A stretch of 64,000 bases of DNA from an uncultured bacterium (GCA_937864225.1 CALMJK010000005.1:456212-520211); one strand, 5' to 3'. Shown: positions 53,574 through 63,766, counted from the first letter of the stretch. The notes: generated by a model from the sequence alone, not told the origin. Numbers and translations: made by a program.

Positions 53574-54448
53574 GCGTCGCGCCGGACATCCTGACCATCG
53601 ACGTCGAGGAATGGTTCCACGGGCACAATTACCTGCAGGCCGCGCCGCCCGCGCGCTGGGACGAACAGGAATCGCGCGTCGTCGCCAACACCGAGCGCTG
53701 CCTCGACCTGCTGGCGGCCCACGCCGTGCGCGCGACGTTCTTCGTGCTGGGGTGGGTGGCCGAGCGACAGCCCGGACTCGTGCGGCGCATCGCGGCGGCC
53801 GGGCACGAGATCGGTTGCCACAGCTATGGCCACCCCGAACTGCACCGTCTCGGCCGGGAGGAGTTCTCGGCGGACCTGGATCGCGCCCTGGCCGCCCTGC
53901 GCGCGGCCGGCGCGTCGGACGTGGCGGGCTATCGCGCGCCCAGCTTCACGCTGACACCAGCCGTCCACGGCTACCTCGAGGTCTTGCGCGCGCGCGGCCT
54001 GCGCTTCGACAGCTCGCTCTTCCCGATCCGGCACGCCCGCTACGGACAGCCGAGGTCGCCCCGCCTGCCGTTCCGTTTGGCAGGGCCGGGCGACTTCGTC
54101 GAGGTGCCGATGACCACGGCGCGCGTGGCCGGCGTGAACGTGCCGTTCTCAGGCGGCGGCTACCTGCGGATCCTGCCGCTGGCCGCCTACCGGGCGCTGC
54201 GGCGAGTCGCGCGGCGGCAGGGGGCGCCCTGCCTCATCTATTTCCACCCCTGGGAGCTGGATGACTGGCGCCCCGCGGCGGCCGGGCTGGCGCCGGCCAC
54301 GCGCTGGCGCAGCCAGGCGGGACAGCTTTCGATGCCGCGCAAGCTGGCGTCGCTGATCGGAAGCGGCGATTTTTGCACCCTGGGAGAGTATGTCGCCGCC
54401 CGTCTGGCGTCCGGCGATCTGCCGACGCGGGCGCTGCCCATGGCGTGA
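53570..54448 (+). CDS. CE4 polysaccharide deacetylase, DUF3473 / PEP-CTERM-associated type
   Basis: TIDVEEWF, ATFFVLGW, HEIGCHSYGH, GYRAPSF, GGGYLR, YFHPWELD. Confidence 0.88.
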   Translation: MSVAPDILTIDVEEWFHGHNYLQAAPPARWDEQESRVVANTERCLDLLAAHAVRATFFVLGWVAERQPGLVRRIAAAGHEIGCHSYGHPELHRLGREEFSADLDRALAALRAAGASDVAGYRAPSFTLTPAVHGYLEVLRARGLRFDSSLFPIRHARYGQPRSPRLPFRLAGPGDFVEVPMTTARVAGVNVPFSGGGYLRILPLAAYRALRRVARRQGAPCLIYFHPWELDDWRPAAAGLAPATRWRSQAGQLSMPRKLASLIGSGDFCTLGEYVAARLASGDLPTRALPMA

Positions 54449-54566
54449 TCGCCAGGCGCGTCGCAGACAGACGCGGCGGCGCGCGGTATGCTGCTGACCG
54501 AACTGCGCGTGGGTTTCGCCTCCGACGCCACGGCTCGCGATCTGGACCAACGCCGGGAGTGCACCG

Positions 54567-56798
54567 ATGCCGGCCACCGAACTCGCTGTCGTCGTGCTCT
54601 GGCACATGCACCAGCCGGATTACCGGGATCCGGAGGGAGGCCGGACCATCCTGCCCTGGGTGCGGCTGCACGCGTGCCTGAGTTATTTCGACATGGTGCG
54701 CCTGGCGCAGGAGACCGCGGGCGCGCGCGCGGTCTTCAACGTCGTGCCCACGCTGCTGGAACAGCTGACGGAGATCGCCCGCGGGGCCGGCGACGATTTC
54801 CTCGACCTGGCGCGGGCGGAGCCCGGCGATTTGACCGCCGAGGATCGCGCGCTGATCCTGCGCCGCTTCTTCGCCTTCCACCACGGCCGGCGCTTCGCGG
54901 AACTGCCGCGCCTGGGCGAGATCTGGCGCAAGCGGGAAGGTCTCGGGAGCGGTCGCGACGCGGGGGCCGCGGCGGCCTTCAGCGACGCCGAATTGCGGGA
55001 CCTGCAGGTGGGCTTCCATCTGGCCTGGTGCGGGCGCTCGCTGCGCGAGGAACCGCTGGTCGGCGCGCTGCTGCGCAAGGGGCGCCGGTTCACCGCGGCC
55101 GAAAAGCACGAACTGCTCGACCTGCAGCGCGAGTTCGTGGGGCGGGTCGTGCCGGCGTACCGCCAGTGGGCGGCGAGCGGCGACGGAGAAATCGCGTGCA
55201 CGCCGTGGGCGCATCCGATCCTGCCGCTGTTGTGCGACACGCGCAGCGCGCGGGAGGCGGTGCCCAACCTGCCGCTGCCGGCCGTGGGGACGCGCCGCGT
55301 GGGCGACGCCTTCTTCCACGTGACGGCCGCCCTCGACGCCACCGAGCGCTTGCTCGGGGTGCGCCCCGAAGGGATGTGGCCGGCCGAGGGGGGCTTGAGC
55401 CAGGAGGCGGTGCGCGTCTTCGGCGCCGCCGGGGTGCGCTGGATCGGTGGCGACCAGGACGTCCTTTTCGCTTCGCTCGCGGGCGAGGCGCCGCCGCCGG
55501 GAGGACATTTCCAGCCGTGGCGCCTGGCCGGCGCGGACGCACCCTGGATCTTCTTCCGGGACAAGGGGCTCTCCGACCGCATCGGATTCGTGTACGGCGG
55601 CTGGCAGGCCCAGCAGGCCGCCGCCGATTTCGTCGGGCATCTGCAGCGCATCCGCTCCCTGCTGCCCCCAGGCCGTTTCGTGGTGCCGATCATCCTGGAT
55701 GGAGAGAACGCGTGGGAGGGGTATCCCGGCAACGGCGTGGATTTCCTACGGGCCCTGTACGCCGGCGTCGCCGGCGCTTCCGGTCTGCGCTGGTCGACTT
55801 TCGGCGAGCAGCTGCGCGCCGGCGGCGCACCCGTCCCGTTGCCGCGCCTGATCGCGGGCTCGTGGATCCGGCGCGATTTCACGACCTGGATCGGACATCC
55901 GGAGAAGAACCGCGCCTGGGAACTCCTCGCGCGCGCGCGCGAGCGCCTCGAGCCGCGGCTGGCGGCCGCAGGTGCGCTGCGCCGGGGACATCTGCCCGAC
56001 GGCACCGAATTCGCCGGACCCGACCCGGCGCTGGCGGACCCGGAGCGCGACGAGCCTCTGGCCAGGGCCTGGCGCGCGCTCGCCGCCGCCCAGGGGAGCG
56101 ATTGGTTCTGGTGGTTCGGGGACGAGCACCAGACGGAGTTCGCCGCCGAATTCGACGCGCTCTTTCGGGGGCATCTCGTGGCCGCGCACAGATTGGCGGG
56201 GGAAGAGCCGCCGGCCGAACTGGCCGTGCCGGTCCGCGCCGGCCGCCAGGCGGTCGCCGGCCGGCCGCCCCGCGCGCCGCTGGCCGTGGTGCTGGACGGG
56301 CGTGTCTCGCACTACTACGAGTGGCTGGACGCCGGCCGCTGCGACGCCCGCGGCGCGCGCGGGGCGATGCACCAGGCTGTTTCGCCCCTGGCCGAGCTGC
56401 ATTACGGGGCGGACGATCGGTCGTTGCTTCTGCGCCTCGACCCCGCCGCCGAGGCGGGGGCGTCCAATTTGCAGGAGTTGGTCGTCGCCGTGCATGTGCT
56501 GCCCTTCGCGTCCGCGGCAGGGCTCGGAGATGGCGTGACGGCGCGCCGCGCCGGCCAGGTGGCGTTGAACAGGGGAGCGACGCGCCTGCCGCGCGCGGAC
56601 GGTCCCCAGGCCGCGCTGGAGCGCATCGGGGAGATCGCCTTCCCCTGGAACGGGCTGGGCTTGAAGCCCGGCGAAGCTTTTGCTTTCTTCCTGACCCTGG
56701 AGCGGGAAGGCCAAGCGGAACTGCGGGTGCCCGCCGCGGGAACGCTGGCCATGCGCGTGCCCGTGGGTCCGGGTGACACGGAGGACTGGATCGTCTGA
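54567..56798 (+). CDS. Glycoside hydrolase family 57 (amylopullulanase-like)
   Basis: WHMHQP, HPILPLL, WPAE (nucleophile), FRD..LSDRIGF, LDGENAW (acid/base), GSDWFWW. Confidence 0.9.
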   Translation: MPATELAVVVLWHMHQPDYRDPEGGRTILPWVRLHACLSYFDMVRLAQETAGARAVFNVVPTLLEQLTEIARGAGDDFLDLARAEPGDLTAEDRALILRRFFAFHHGRRFAELPRLGEIWRKREGLGSGRDAGAAAAFSDAELRDLQVGFHLAWCGRSLREEPLVGALLRKGRRFTAAEKHELLDLQREFVGRVVPAYRQWAASGDGEIACTPWAHPILPLLCDTRSAREAVPNLPLPAVGTRRVGDAFFHVTAALDATERLLGVRPEGMWPAEGGLSQEAVRVFGAAGVRWIGGDQDVLFASLAGEAPPPGGHFQPWRLAGADAPWIFFRDKGLSDRIGFVYGGWQAQQAAADFVGHLQRIRSLLPPGRFVVPIILDGENAWEGYPGNGVDFLRALYAGVAGASGLRWSTFGEQLRAGGAPVPLPRLIAGSWIRRDFTTWIGHPEKNRAWELLARARERLEPRLAAAGALRRGHLPDGTEFAGPDPALADPERDEPLARAWRALAAAQGSDWFWWFGDEHQTEFAAEFDALFRGHLVAAHRLAGEEPPAELAVPVRAGRQAVAGRPPRAPLAVVLDGRVSHYYEWLDAGRCDARGARGAMHQAVSPLAELHYGADDRSLLLRLDPAAEAGASNLQELVVAVHVLPFASAAGLGDGVTARRAGQVALNRGATRLPRADGPQAALERIGEIAFPWNGLGLKPGEAFAFFLTLEREGQAELRVPAAGTLAMRVPVGPGDTEDWIV

Positions 56799-56839
56799 GC
56801 CGCGCGACGCCGCCGCGGCGCGTCGCCAGGAGGCCACGG

Positions 56840-57883
56840 ATGTCTCAGCTGCGCTACGACCCGATCCAGGGCCGTTGGGTGATCATCGCGGCCGATCGGA
56901 GCCGCCGCCCTCGCGATCTCCAGGTGACGGCGAGCAGCTCCGGCGGCCCGCTCTATTGCCCGTTCTGCCCGGGGCACGAGAGCCGGACCCCGCCCGAGAT
57001 CCTCGCGCTGGGCAGGCCGGCGGGCGGCCGGCGCGACGGACCCGGCTGGCGCGTGCGGGTCTTTCCGAACAAATATCCGGCGCTCGTCGTCGAGGGCGAA
57101 CTGGGCCGGCACGGCGTCGGCATCTACGACGCCATGCACGGGATCGGCGCCCACGAGGTGATCGTGGACACCGATCAGCACGTGCTTGGCCTGGCCGAGC
57201 TGCCGGCCGCGCAGGTCGAGCTGCTCATGCAGGCGGCCGCCGAGCGGATGCGCGACCTGCACCGGGACCGCCGCCTGAAGTACGTGCAGTTCTTCAAGAA
57301 CCACGGCGCGATCGCCGGCTCGACCCTGACGCATCCCCACAGCCAGATCATCGCCACGCCGGTCATCCCGCGGCTGGTCATCGCGGAGCTCAACCAGGCG
57401 CGCACGCACTACCAGCGCAAGGAGCGCTGCCTGTTCTGCGACGTGTTGCAGGAGGAACTGGAACGCGGCGAGCGGATCGTCTGCGAAACCGGCCGGTTCG
57501 TGGCCTTCGCCCCCTGGGCCAGCCGCTTCCCCTTCGAGATCATGATCCTGCCGCGACGGCACGGCAGCGACTACGGGACCGTCTCGGCCGAGGATCTCGC
57601 CGACCTAGGCGCGTGTCTGGGCGAGGTCGCGCGGCGCCTGCGGGCGGTGCTGCTGGACGCGCCCTTCAATCTGTTGCTGCACACCGCGCCGAATGCCGAG
57701 GCCTTCGGCAGCGAACGCGGGCTGTGGAAGACACTCCTCTGGGACTACCACTGGCACCTCGAACTGCTGCCGCGGCTGACCCAGGTGGCCGGATTCGAGG
57801 CGGGGACCGACTTCTACATCAACCCGGTTGCGCCGGAGGAGGCCGCCCGCTTCCTGCGCGAGGCCGAGGTCGAGCGGCCATGA
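56840..57883 (+). CDS. galT: GalT-family hexose-1-phosphate nucleotidyltransferase
   Basis: R..RP, CPFCPG.E, FPNKYP, G.HEVI, FKNHG, HPHSQ, YHWH. Confidence 0.9.
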   Translation: MSQLRYDPIQGRWVIIAADRSRRPRDLQVTASSSGGPLYCPFCPGHESRTPPEILALGRPAGGRRDGPGWRVRVFPNKYPALVVEGELGRHGVGIYDAMHGIGAHEVIVDTDQHVLGLAELPAAQVELLMQAAAERMRDLHRDRRLKYVQFFKNHGAIAGSTLTHPHSQIIATPVIPRLVIAELNQARTHYQRKERCLFCDVLQEELERGERIVCETGRFVAFAPWASRFPFEIMILPRRHGSDYGTVSAEDLADLGACLGEVARRLRAVLLDAPFNLLLHTAPNAEAFGSERGLWKTLLWDYHWHLELLPRLTQVAGFEAGTDFYINPVAPEEAARFLREAEVERP

Positions 57884-59379
57884 GCGCCCGCGTGTCGCCG
57901 CCGGACGGCGCGCTGCGCATCCTGATGGTGACCGCCGAGCTGGCGCCGCTGGCCAAGGTGGGCGGCCTGGGTGACATGACCGCGTCGCTCGCCTCCGCGC
58001 TCGCGGCGCGCGGGCACGACGTCCGGGTCGTGATGCCGCTGTACGGGGACCTGGACCGGACGGCGCATGCGGTCCGCCCCCTGCGGCGCATGCCGCCGGT
58101 CGCCCTGCGGGTGGGGCAAGCGCTGCGCCCTTTGCAGTGGCACCGGCAGGGTTCGGGCTCGGCCGCCGTCCGGATCTGCCTGGCCGACAATGCCGAGCTC
58201 TTCGGGCGGGCCGGCGTTTACGTCGACGCGCAGGGACGCCCCTTCCCGGACGCGCTCGCACGCGCGGCGTTCCTGGCGCAGGCGGCGCTCTCGCTGCCGG
58301 TGCAGTTTGGCTGGACGCCGCACATCGTGCACGCGCACGACGTGCACGCCGCGCTGGCGGTGGTCTATCTGCGGCGCTGGGGCGCGACCGCCCGTCCGCT
58401 GGCGGGGACAGGCGGCCTGCTGACGATCCACAATCTGGCGCACCAGCTCGAGACGCCGCGGGCGCAGTTGGACGTGATCGGCCTGCCGCCGGCGCTGGCC
58501 GAGTACCCGGGGGCGCTCGAGTACCACGGGCGGCTGAACGTCATGAAGGCGGGCATCCTGGAGGCCGACCTGGTCAACACGGTCAGCCCCACCTACGCCC
58601 GCGAGGTGGTCGCCGACGAACGTTCGGGCTGCGGGCTCGACGGGGTGCTCGCGTCGCGGGGCGCGGATTTCGTGGGCATCCTCAACGGCGCCGACTATGT
58701 GGCCTGGAATCCCGCCCGCGATCCGCACCTGCCGGCCCGCTTCGACGCCGCGCGCCCGGCCGGCAAGGCGATCTGCCGGCGCGAGCTGGCCCGCGAGGCG
58801 GGTTTGGCGCAGTCCGACGGTCTGCTGGTCGGTTTCGTCGGGCGCCTGGTGGAGCAGAAGGGACCTCAGTTGCTGGTGCCGCTGCTCGACGAGCTGGCCG
58901 CCGCGGGTCTGCGCCTCGTCGTGCTCGCCGCCGGCGAGGAGCGCTGGCGAGCGGCGTTGGCGGCGGCGGCGGCGCGCCACCCCGGACGGCTGGCCTTCTT
59001 CGACCGGTTCGACGAGGCCCTGGCGCATCGGATCTACGGCGGCAGCGATCTGTTCCTCATGCCGTCGCGCTACGAACCGTGCGGTCTGGCGCAGCTGTAC
59101 GCGTTGCGCTACGGCGCCGTCCCGCTCGTGCACGCGACGGGCGGCTTGGTCGACACGGTCGAGGACGCCGCCCTGCCGGAGGGGACCGGGTTCGTGTTCC
59201 GCGAGTTCACGGTCAAGGCCTTCCGCCGGACGATCGGGCGGGCGCTGGCGCTCTGGCGCGACCAGCCCGCCTGGGAGGCCCTGCGCGAACGCGGGATGCG
59301 GCGCCTGTTCTCCTGGGAGACGTCGGCGGCGGCCTACGAGGAATTGTACGCGCGGCCGCGCAGGAGGGAGCGGAAGTGA
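57880..59379 (+). CDS. glgA: Glycogen synthase (GT5)
   Basis: KVGGLGD, HAHD, TIHNLAHQ, TVSPTYA, GILNG, RLVEQKG, PSRYEPCGL, TGGLVDTV, FSW. Confidence 0.93.
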   Translation: MSARVSPPDGALRILMVTAELAPLAKVGGLGDMTASLASALAARGHDVRVVMPLYGDLDRTAHAVRPLRRMPPVALRVGQALRPLQWHRQGSGSAAVRICLADNAELFGRAGVYVDAQGRPFPDALARAAFLAQAALSLPVQFGWTPHIVHAHDVHAALAVVYLRRWGATARPLAGTGGLLTIHNLAHQLETPRAQLDVIGLPPALAEYPGALEYHGRLNVMKAGILEADLVNTVSPTYAREVVADERSGCGLDGVLASRGADFVGILNGADYVAWNPARDPHLPARFDAARPAGKAICRRELAREAGLAQSDGLLVGFVGRLVEQKGPQLLVPLLDELAAAGLRLVVLAAGEERWRAALAAAAARHPGRLAFFDRFDEALAHRIYGGSDLFLMPSRYEPCGLAQLYALRYGAVPLVHATGGLVDTVEDAALPEGTGFVFREFTVKAFRRTIGRALALWRDQPAWEALRERGMRRLFSWETSAAAYEELYARPRRRERK

Positions 59380-61154
59380 TCCCGTCGGCGCCCGAGACGC
59401 CGGGCGAATTGCCGCTCTGGCCGGTCATCGAGGGCAGCAGCGCGCCGCTGTTCGTCCTGGACGAAGCGCACCGGATCGTGCTGGCCAGCGCCGGCTCCTG
59501 CCGCTTGCTGGCCGCGCTTGCGCACGAGTTGCAGGGTCAGCCGCTGGCCAGGTATTTGGCGCCGGAGTTCGCCTTGGCCGACGCGCTGTCGGCGCAGGAG
59601 GGCGCGATCGCGAGGCCGTGCGAGCTCACGCTGTGTCCGCCGCGAGGCGCGCCGATCCCCGTCGAGGTCGTGTGCGATCATTGCGACGGGCCGGGGGGGC
59701 GCCGCCTGAGCCTGGTCGCCATCCACGACCTCACGCACATCAAGATCCTGGACCAGGACCGGCTGGCGCGCCTGGGCAAGCTTTCCCTGCTCAACCAGAT
59801 CAACGAGGCGCTCTACGGCGCGCGCCTGACGCTCGACCAGATGCTCGAGGCCGTGCTCCACTGCGTGACCGCCGACCAGGGGCTGCGCTTCAATCGCGCG
59901 TTCCTGCTGCTGGTCGAGGAACGGGCCAAGCGACTGAGGGGGGAGGTCGCCATCGGCCCTTCGAACGCCGACGAGGCCGCGCGCATCTGGAGCGACCTCG
60001 CCGACCAGCAGCACGATCTGTTCGCCCTCATGGTCCGTTACGACCGCTCCTGCAAGCAGACCGATGTCGCGGTGAACGAGATCGTCAAGCAGATGGTCGT
60101 GCCCATGGGACACGGCGACCACATCCTCGTGCGGGCCATGCGCGAGCGGCAGGCGTTTCGCGTCGTGGCCAGCGAGATCGATTTCCCCGGCGTCGAGGAT
60201 CTGCGGCGTTGGCTCGGGACGGGCGCCTTCGCCGTGGCTCCCCTGACCACGCGGCGCGGCGCCGTGGGGGTGCTCGTCGCGGACAACGCCATCTCGGGCA
60301 AGGAGATCAGCGACCTCGACCTGGAGTTCCTCCAGTTGCTGGCCAACGTCTCGGCCAACGCGATCGAGAACAGCCGTCTCTACCAGGAATTGCAGCAACG
60401 TCTGGCGGATCTGCGCCGCGCCGCCCAGCGCCAGAAAGAGGACCAGAAGCAGCTGCTGCGCATGGAACGGCTTTCGATCATGGGCGAGACGGCGGGCGTC
60501 GTGGCGCACGAGCTGCGCAACCCGCTGGTGGCCATCGGCGGGTTCGCGCGCGCGCTTCACCGCGCGCTGCCGGAAGGGGACGCGAACCGGCAGTACGCGG
60601 GCATCATCACCGAGGAGGTGGCCCGTCTCGAACAGATCATCCACGACCTGCTCGATTTCATCCGGCCCAAGAAGATCCTGCGCAAGCTGGTGCCGCTGGA
60701 CGAACTGATCACCGACACGGCGCGCATGTACGAGGGCCAGATGAGGGAGCATGGGATCTCGCTCGACATCGCGTGCGGCGCGGAGGGAGTGCGCGTCCGC
60801 GTCAACCCGAGCGAGATCCAGCAGGTGCTCCAGAACCTGCTCATGAACGCGCTGCAGGCCATGGGCAGCGGCGGGCGCATCGCGGTGCGGACTCGCCTTC
60901 AGCCCGGCTGCGTGCGCGTGGAAGTGCAGGATGAGGGACCGGGAGTGCCCGAGGACGTGAAACAGAAATTGTTCACTCCTTTTTTCACGACGAAACCGAG
61001 CGGTTCCGGCCTCGGGCTGGCGATTTCCAACCAGATCGTCAAGGGCCACGGCGGTACCCTGGCGTGCCAGGCGGTGCCCGGCGGAGGCGCCCTGTTCACC
61101 TTCACGGTGCCTCTGCCGCGGCCCCATCCCGCGTCCCCGGAGCGGGAGCAATAG
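59376..61154 (+). CDS. Cytoplasmic PAS-GAF histidine kinase
   Basis: PAS-like N-terminus, GAF (GLRFNRAFLLL...ADN), AHELRNPL, NLLMNA, DEGPG, PFFTTK, GSGLGL; no TM helix; GTGA overlap with glgA. Confidence 0.88.
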   Translation: MIPSAPETPGELPLWPVIEGSSAPLFVLDEAHRIVLASAGSCRLLAALAHELQGQPLARYLAPEFALADALSAQEGAIARPCELTLCPPRGAPIPVEVVCDHCDGPGGRRLSLVAIHDLTHIKILDQDRLARLGKLSLLNQINEALYGARLTLDQMLEAVLHCVTADQGLRFNRAFLLLVEERAKRLRGEVAIGPSNADEAARIWSDLADQQHDLFALMVRYDRSCKQTDVAVNEIVKQMVVPMGHGDHILVRAMRERQAFRVVASEIDFPGVEDLRRWLGTGAFAVAPLTTRRGAVGVLVADNAISGKEISDLDLEFLQLLANVSANAIENSRLYQELQQRLADLRRAAQRQKEDQKQLLRMERLSIMGETAGVVAHELRNPLVAIGGFARALHRALPEGDANRQYAGIITEEVARLEQIIHDLLDFIRPKKILRKLVPLDELITDTARMYEGQMREHGISLDIACGAEGVRVRVNPSEIQQVLQNLLMNALQAMGSGGRIAVRTRLQPGCVRVEVQDEGPGVPEDVKQKLFTPFFTTKPSGSGLGLAISNQIVKGHGGTLACQAVPGGGALFTFTVPLPRPHPASPEREQ

Positions 61155-61255
61155 CGGTAGCCGTCGGGCGTCGATTTTGCTATCCTGCCCCAGCGGAGTT
61201 CGGGCACGGAAGCCCCAAGGGACGGCCGCGGCAGGCGGCTCAGGGAGGAGGGGCC

Positions 61256-61627
61256 ATGCAGAAGAGAGTGCTTATCGTCGACGATGAACCGCATCTGAGG
61301 CTGCTGTACGAGACGGAGTTGCGGCGAGCGGGTTTCGAGACGATGTCGGCGGCCAACGCGGAGCAGGGGCTGGAGTTCGTGGACTCCATGCGGCCTGACC
61401 TGGTGGTGCTCGACATCCGGATGCCCGGCATGGACGGGGTCGAGGCGCTGCAGCGCATCCTCGACCGGGACAACACGATACCCGTCGTGCTCAACACGGC
61501 CTATTCCAGCTATCGCGACAACTTCATGACGTGGGCCGCCGACGCGTACGTGACCAAGTCGTCCGACCTCGGCGAACTCGTCAGCACGGTCCGGGAGCTG
61601 CTGCACGAGGAGACGGTATCGCAGTGA
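61256..61627 (+). CDS. Single-domain response regulator
   Basis: IVDDE, LDIRMP, NTAY, TKSSD; GGAGG RBS. Confidence 0.9.
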   Translation: MQKRVLIVDDEPHLRLLYETELRRAGFETMSAANAEQGLEFVDSMRPDLVVLDIRMPGMDGVEALQRILDRDNTIPVVLNTAYSSYRDNFMTWAADAYVTKSSDLGELVSTVRELLHEETVSQ

Positions 61628-61679
61628 GGCGGAATCGGCGGCCGGCGGCCGCACTCGGTAGTGGAAAGGCCGCGCGGAC

Positions 61680-62921
61680 GTGAGATCCCTGCAGTGGTTC
61701 CGCAAAATCGTGACCATCGTCCTGGCCGGCGGCCAGGGAGAGCGCCTTTATCCCCTGACCCGGGACCGTTCCAAGCCGGCCGTGCCCTACGGCGGCGGCT
61801 ACCGCATCATCGACTTCACACTTTCCAACTGCGTCAATTCCGGTCTGCGGCGGTTGTACGTGCTGACGCAGTACAAATCGTTCTCCCTCGACAAGCATCT
61901 GCAGAAGGGCTGGAACATCTTCGACTACGAGGCGGACGAGTTCCTGTACCGGATTCCGCCCCAGCGACGCGTCGGCCTGAAGTGGTACGAGGGGACGGCG
62001 GACGCGATCTTCCAGAACATCTACCTGTTGGAGAGGCACAAACCCGAGCACGTGCTGATCCTGTCGGGAGACCACATCTACAAGATGGACTACAACGCCC
62101 TGCTCGATTTCCATCTCGAGCGGGGCGCTGCCCTGACGGTGAGCGCCGCCGTCGTGCCGCGCGAAGGGGCCCAACAGTTCGGCATCATCGAAGCCGACGC
62201 GAAGTGGCGCGTCACCGGCTTCACGGAGAAGCCGGAAGACCCGCTACCGCTGCCGGACGACCCGGAGCGCTGCCTGGTCAACATGGGCGTCTACTGCTTC
62301 GACACGCAGGCGCTCGTGCGCGCCGTCTGTCACGACGCGCGCCTGGCCGACTCGAATCACGATTTCGGGCGCGACATCATTCCGGAGCTCGTGAAGGATG
62401 GGGGCGTGTACGCGTACCCCTTCCGCGATCAGCGGACAGGCAAGCCTGCTTACTGGCGCGACATCGGCACGCTCGACAGCTACTACGCGGCGTCCATGGA
62501 CCTGGTCTCGCGCGATCCTGCCTTCAATCTCTACGATCGCGAGTGGCCTTACCGGACCTGGCAGGCCCCGGTCCCGCCGGCCAAGAGCGTGCACGGCTTC
62601 ACGCCGGACGGTCAGCTGGCGGGCATGATCGCGAACTCCATCGTGGGCGGCGGCACGATCATCAGCGGCGGGCACGTCGAGCGCTCCATCCTGGGACGGA
62701 ACGTCCGCGTGAACTCGTACTGCCGCATCAGCGATTCGATTCTCTTCGACGACGTGTCCGTCGGGCGCTACGCCGAGCTGCACCGCGCGATCGTGGACAA
62801 GGATGTCGTCGTGCCGGAAGGCATGATCATCGGGCGCGATCTCGAGAAGGACCGCCGTCTTTTCAAGGTGACCGAAGAGGGACTGGTCGTCGTGCCCAAG
62901 GGCATGCGCTTCAAGGACTGA
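61680..62921 (+). CDS. glgC: Glucose-1-phosphate adenylyltransferase
   Basis: LAGGQGERLYPLT, KPAVP, GTADA, GDHIYKMDY, EKP, DFG, YWRDIGT; beta-helix C-terminus. Confidence 0.95.
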   Translation: MRSLQWFRKIVTIVLAGGQGERLYPLTRDRSKPAVPYGGGYRIIDFTLSNCVNSGLRRLYVLTQYKSFSLDKHLQKGWNIFDYEADEFLYRIPPQRRVGLKWYEGTADAIFQNIYLLERHKPEHVLILSGDHIYKMDYNALLDFHLERGAALTVSAAVVPREGAQQFGIIEADAKWRVTGFTEKPEDPLPLPDDPERCLVNMGVYCFDTQALVRAVCHDARLADSNHDFGRDIIPELVKDGGVYAYPFRDQRTGKPAYWRDIGTLDSYYAASMDLVSRDPAFNLYDREWPYRTWQAPVPPAKSVHGFTPDGQLAGMIANSIVGGGTIISGGHVERSILGRNVRVNSYCRISDSILFDDVSVGRYAELHRAIVDKDVVVPEGMIIGRDLEKDRRLFKVTEEGLVVVPKGMRFKD

Positions 62922-62935
62922 GGACGGGGAGCCGG

Positions 62936-63376
62936 ATGGCAAAGGGCAAGGAACGCAAGCCGGTCGAGGAGAACGCCCGCCGCGACCTGGAGTCCGCCGA
63001 GGCGGCGCTGAACCTGCTCACCGAGCCGGAAGAACGCCTGTGCCTGGCCTGCCTGCGCTGGTTCCGCGGCGACTGGGATCTCTATCTCGATTTTCTGGCC
63101 GGGCCGCGCGCGTCCGAGGAGCAACGGCGCGTCGACATGCCGCTCGTCGCCCGCTTGAAGGAGCGCGACGAGCGCACCAGCTTCCTGGAACTGATGCTCG
63201 AGGACGAGGTCGTGGCGGCGGCCGAGCAACTCGAGTTCGACGGCCTGCTGCGCCTGTGGGACTTGGCGATGCTGCTCGACCCGCGCGCCGACCCGTTCCA
63301 CGAGCCGGATCACCGCGAGGTTGATCTGGACGACGCGGAGGTCGGCAACGACGGGGAATCGCGCCTGTTGCACTGA
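62936..63376 (+). CDS. Hypothetical acidic protein (146 aa)
   Basis: GGGAG RBS before ATG; GC3-biased codons; no family recognised. Confidence 0.65.
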   Translation: MAKGKERKPVEENARRDLESAEAALNLLTEPEERLCLACLRWFRGDWDLYLDFLAGPRASEEQRRVDMPLVARLKERDERTSFLELMLEDEVVAAAEQLEFDGLLRLWDLAMLLDPRADPFHEPDHREVDLDDAEVGNDGESRLLH

Positions 63377-63481
63377 CGCCGGCACGCGCCGGCCGCTGCC
63401 GTCGAATTCGCTTGGCCGTTTCGCCGCGGGGGTCTATCCTGGCGCCCGGGCGGCGTCCGGAACCCTGGCCGGAGGATGTGC

Positions 63482-63766
63482 ATGAACCGCAGCCGTTGGG
63501 GCCTGTTGATCGTGCTCGCCGTGAGCCTGGTTCTGGGTGTCCTGGCCGGGTGGATCTTCTACCGCACCTTCCAGGCGAACGTGCCCGAGGCGATGCTCTC
63601 GCAGTTCTCGCGCGCCACGGCGCCCATCCAGTTCATCGGCTACGGGCTGCTGCTGGGCTTGGTCATTTTTCTGTGGACCCTGCTCGCCGCTTCGCTCGCG
63701 CGCTTCTTCCGCGGCGCCGGCGCCGCGCCGGTCGCGGGCACGCCGCCGCGCGGCCACGATTCCTGA
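63482..63766 (+). CDS. Small two-TM membrane protein
   Basis: GGAGG RBS; two hydrophobic helices. Confidence 0.65.
   Translation: MNRSRWGLLIVLAVSLVLGVLAGWIFYRTFQANVPEAMLSQFSRATAPIQFIGYGLLLGLVIFLWTLLAASLARFFRGAGAAPVAGTPPRGHDS

Noticed and set aside
63413..63427. GG-N10-GC motif upstream of the small membrane protein
   Set aside because: Poor match outside the two dinucleotides (no TGGCA or TTGC); expected by chance at this GC content.
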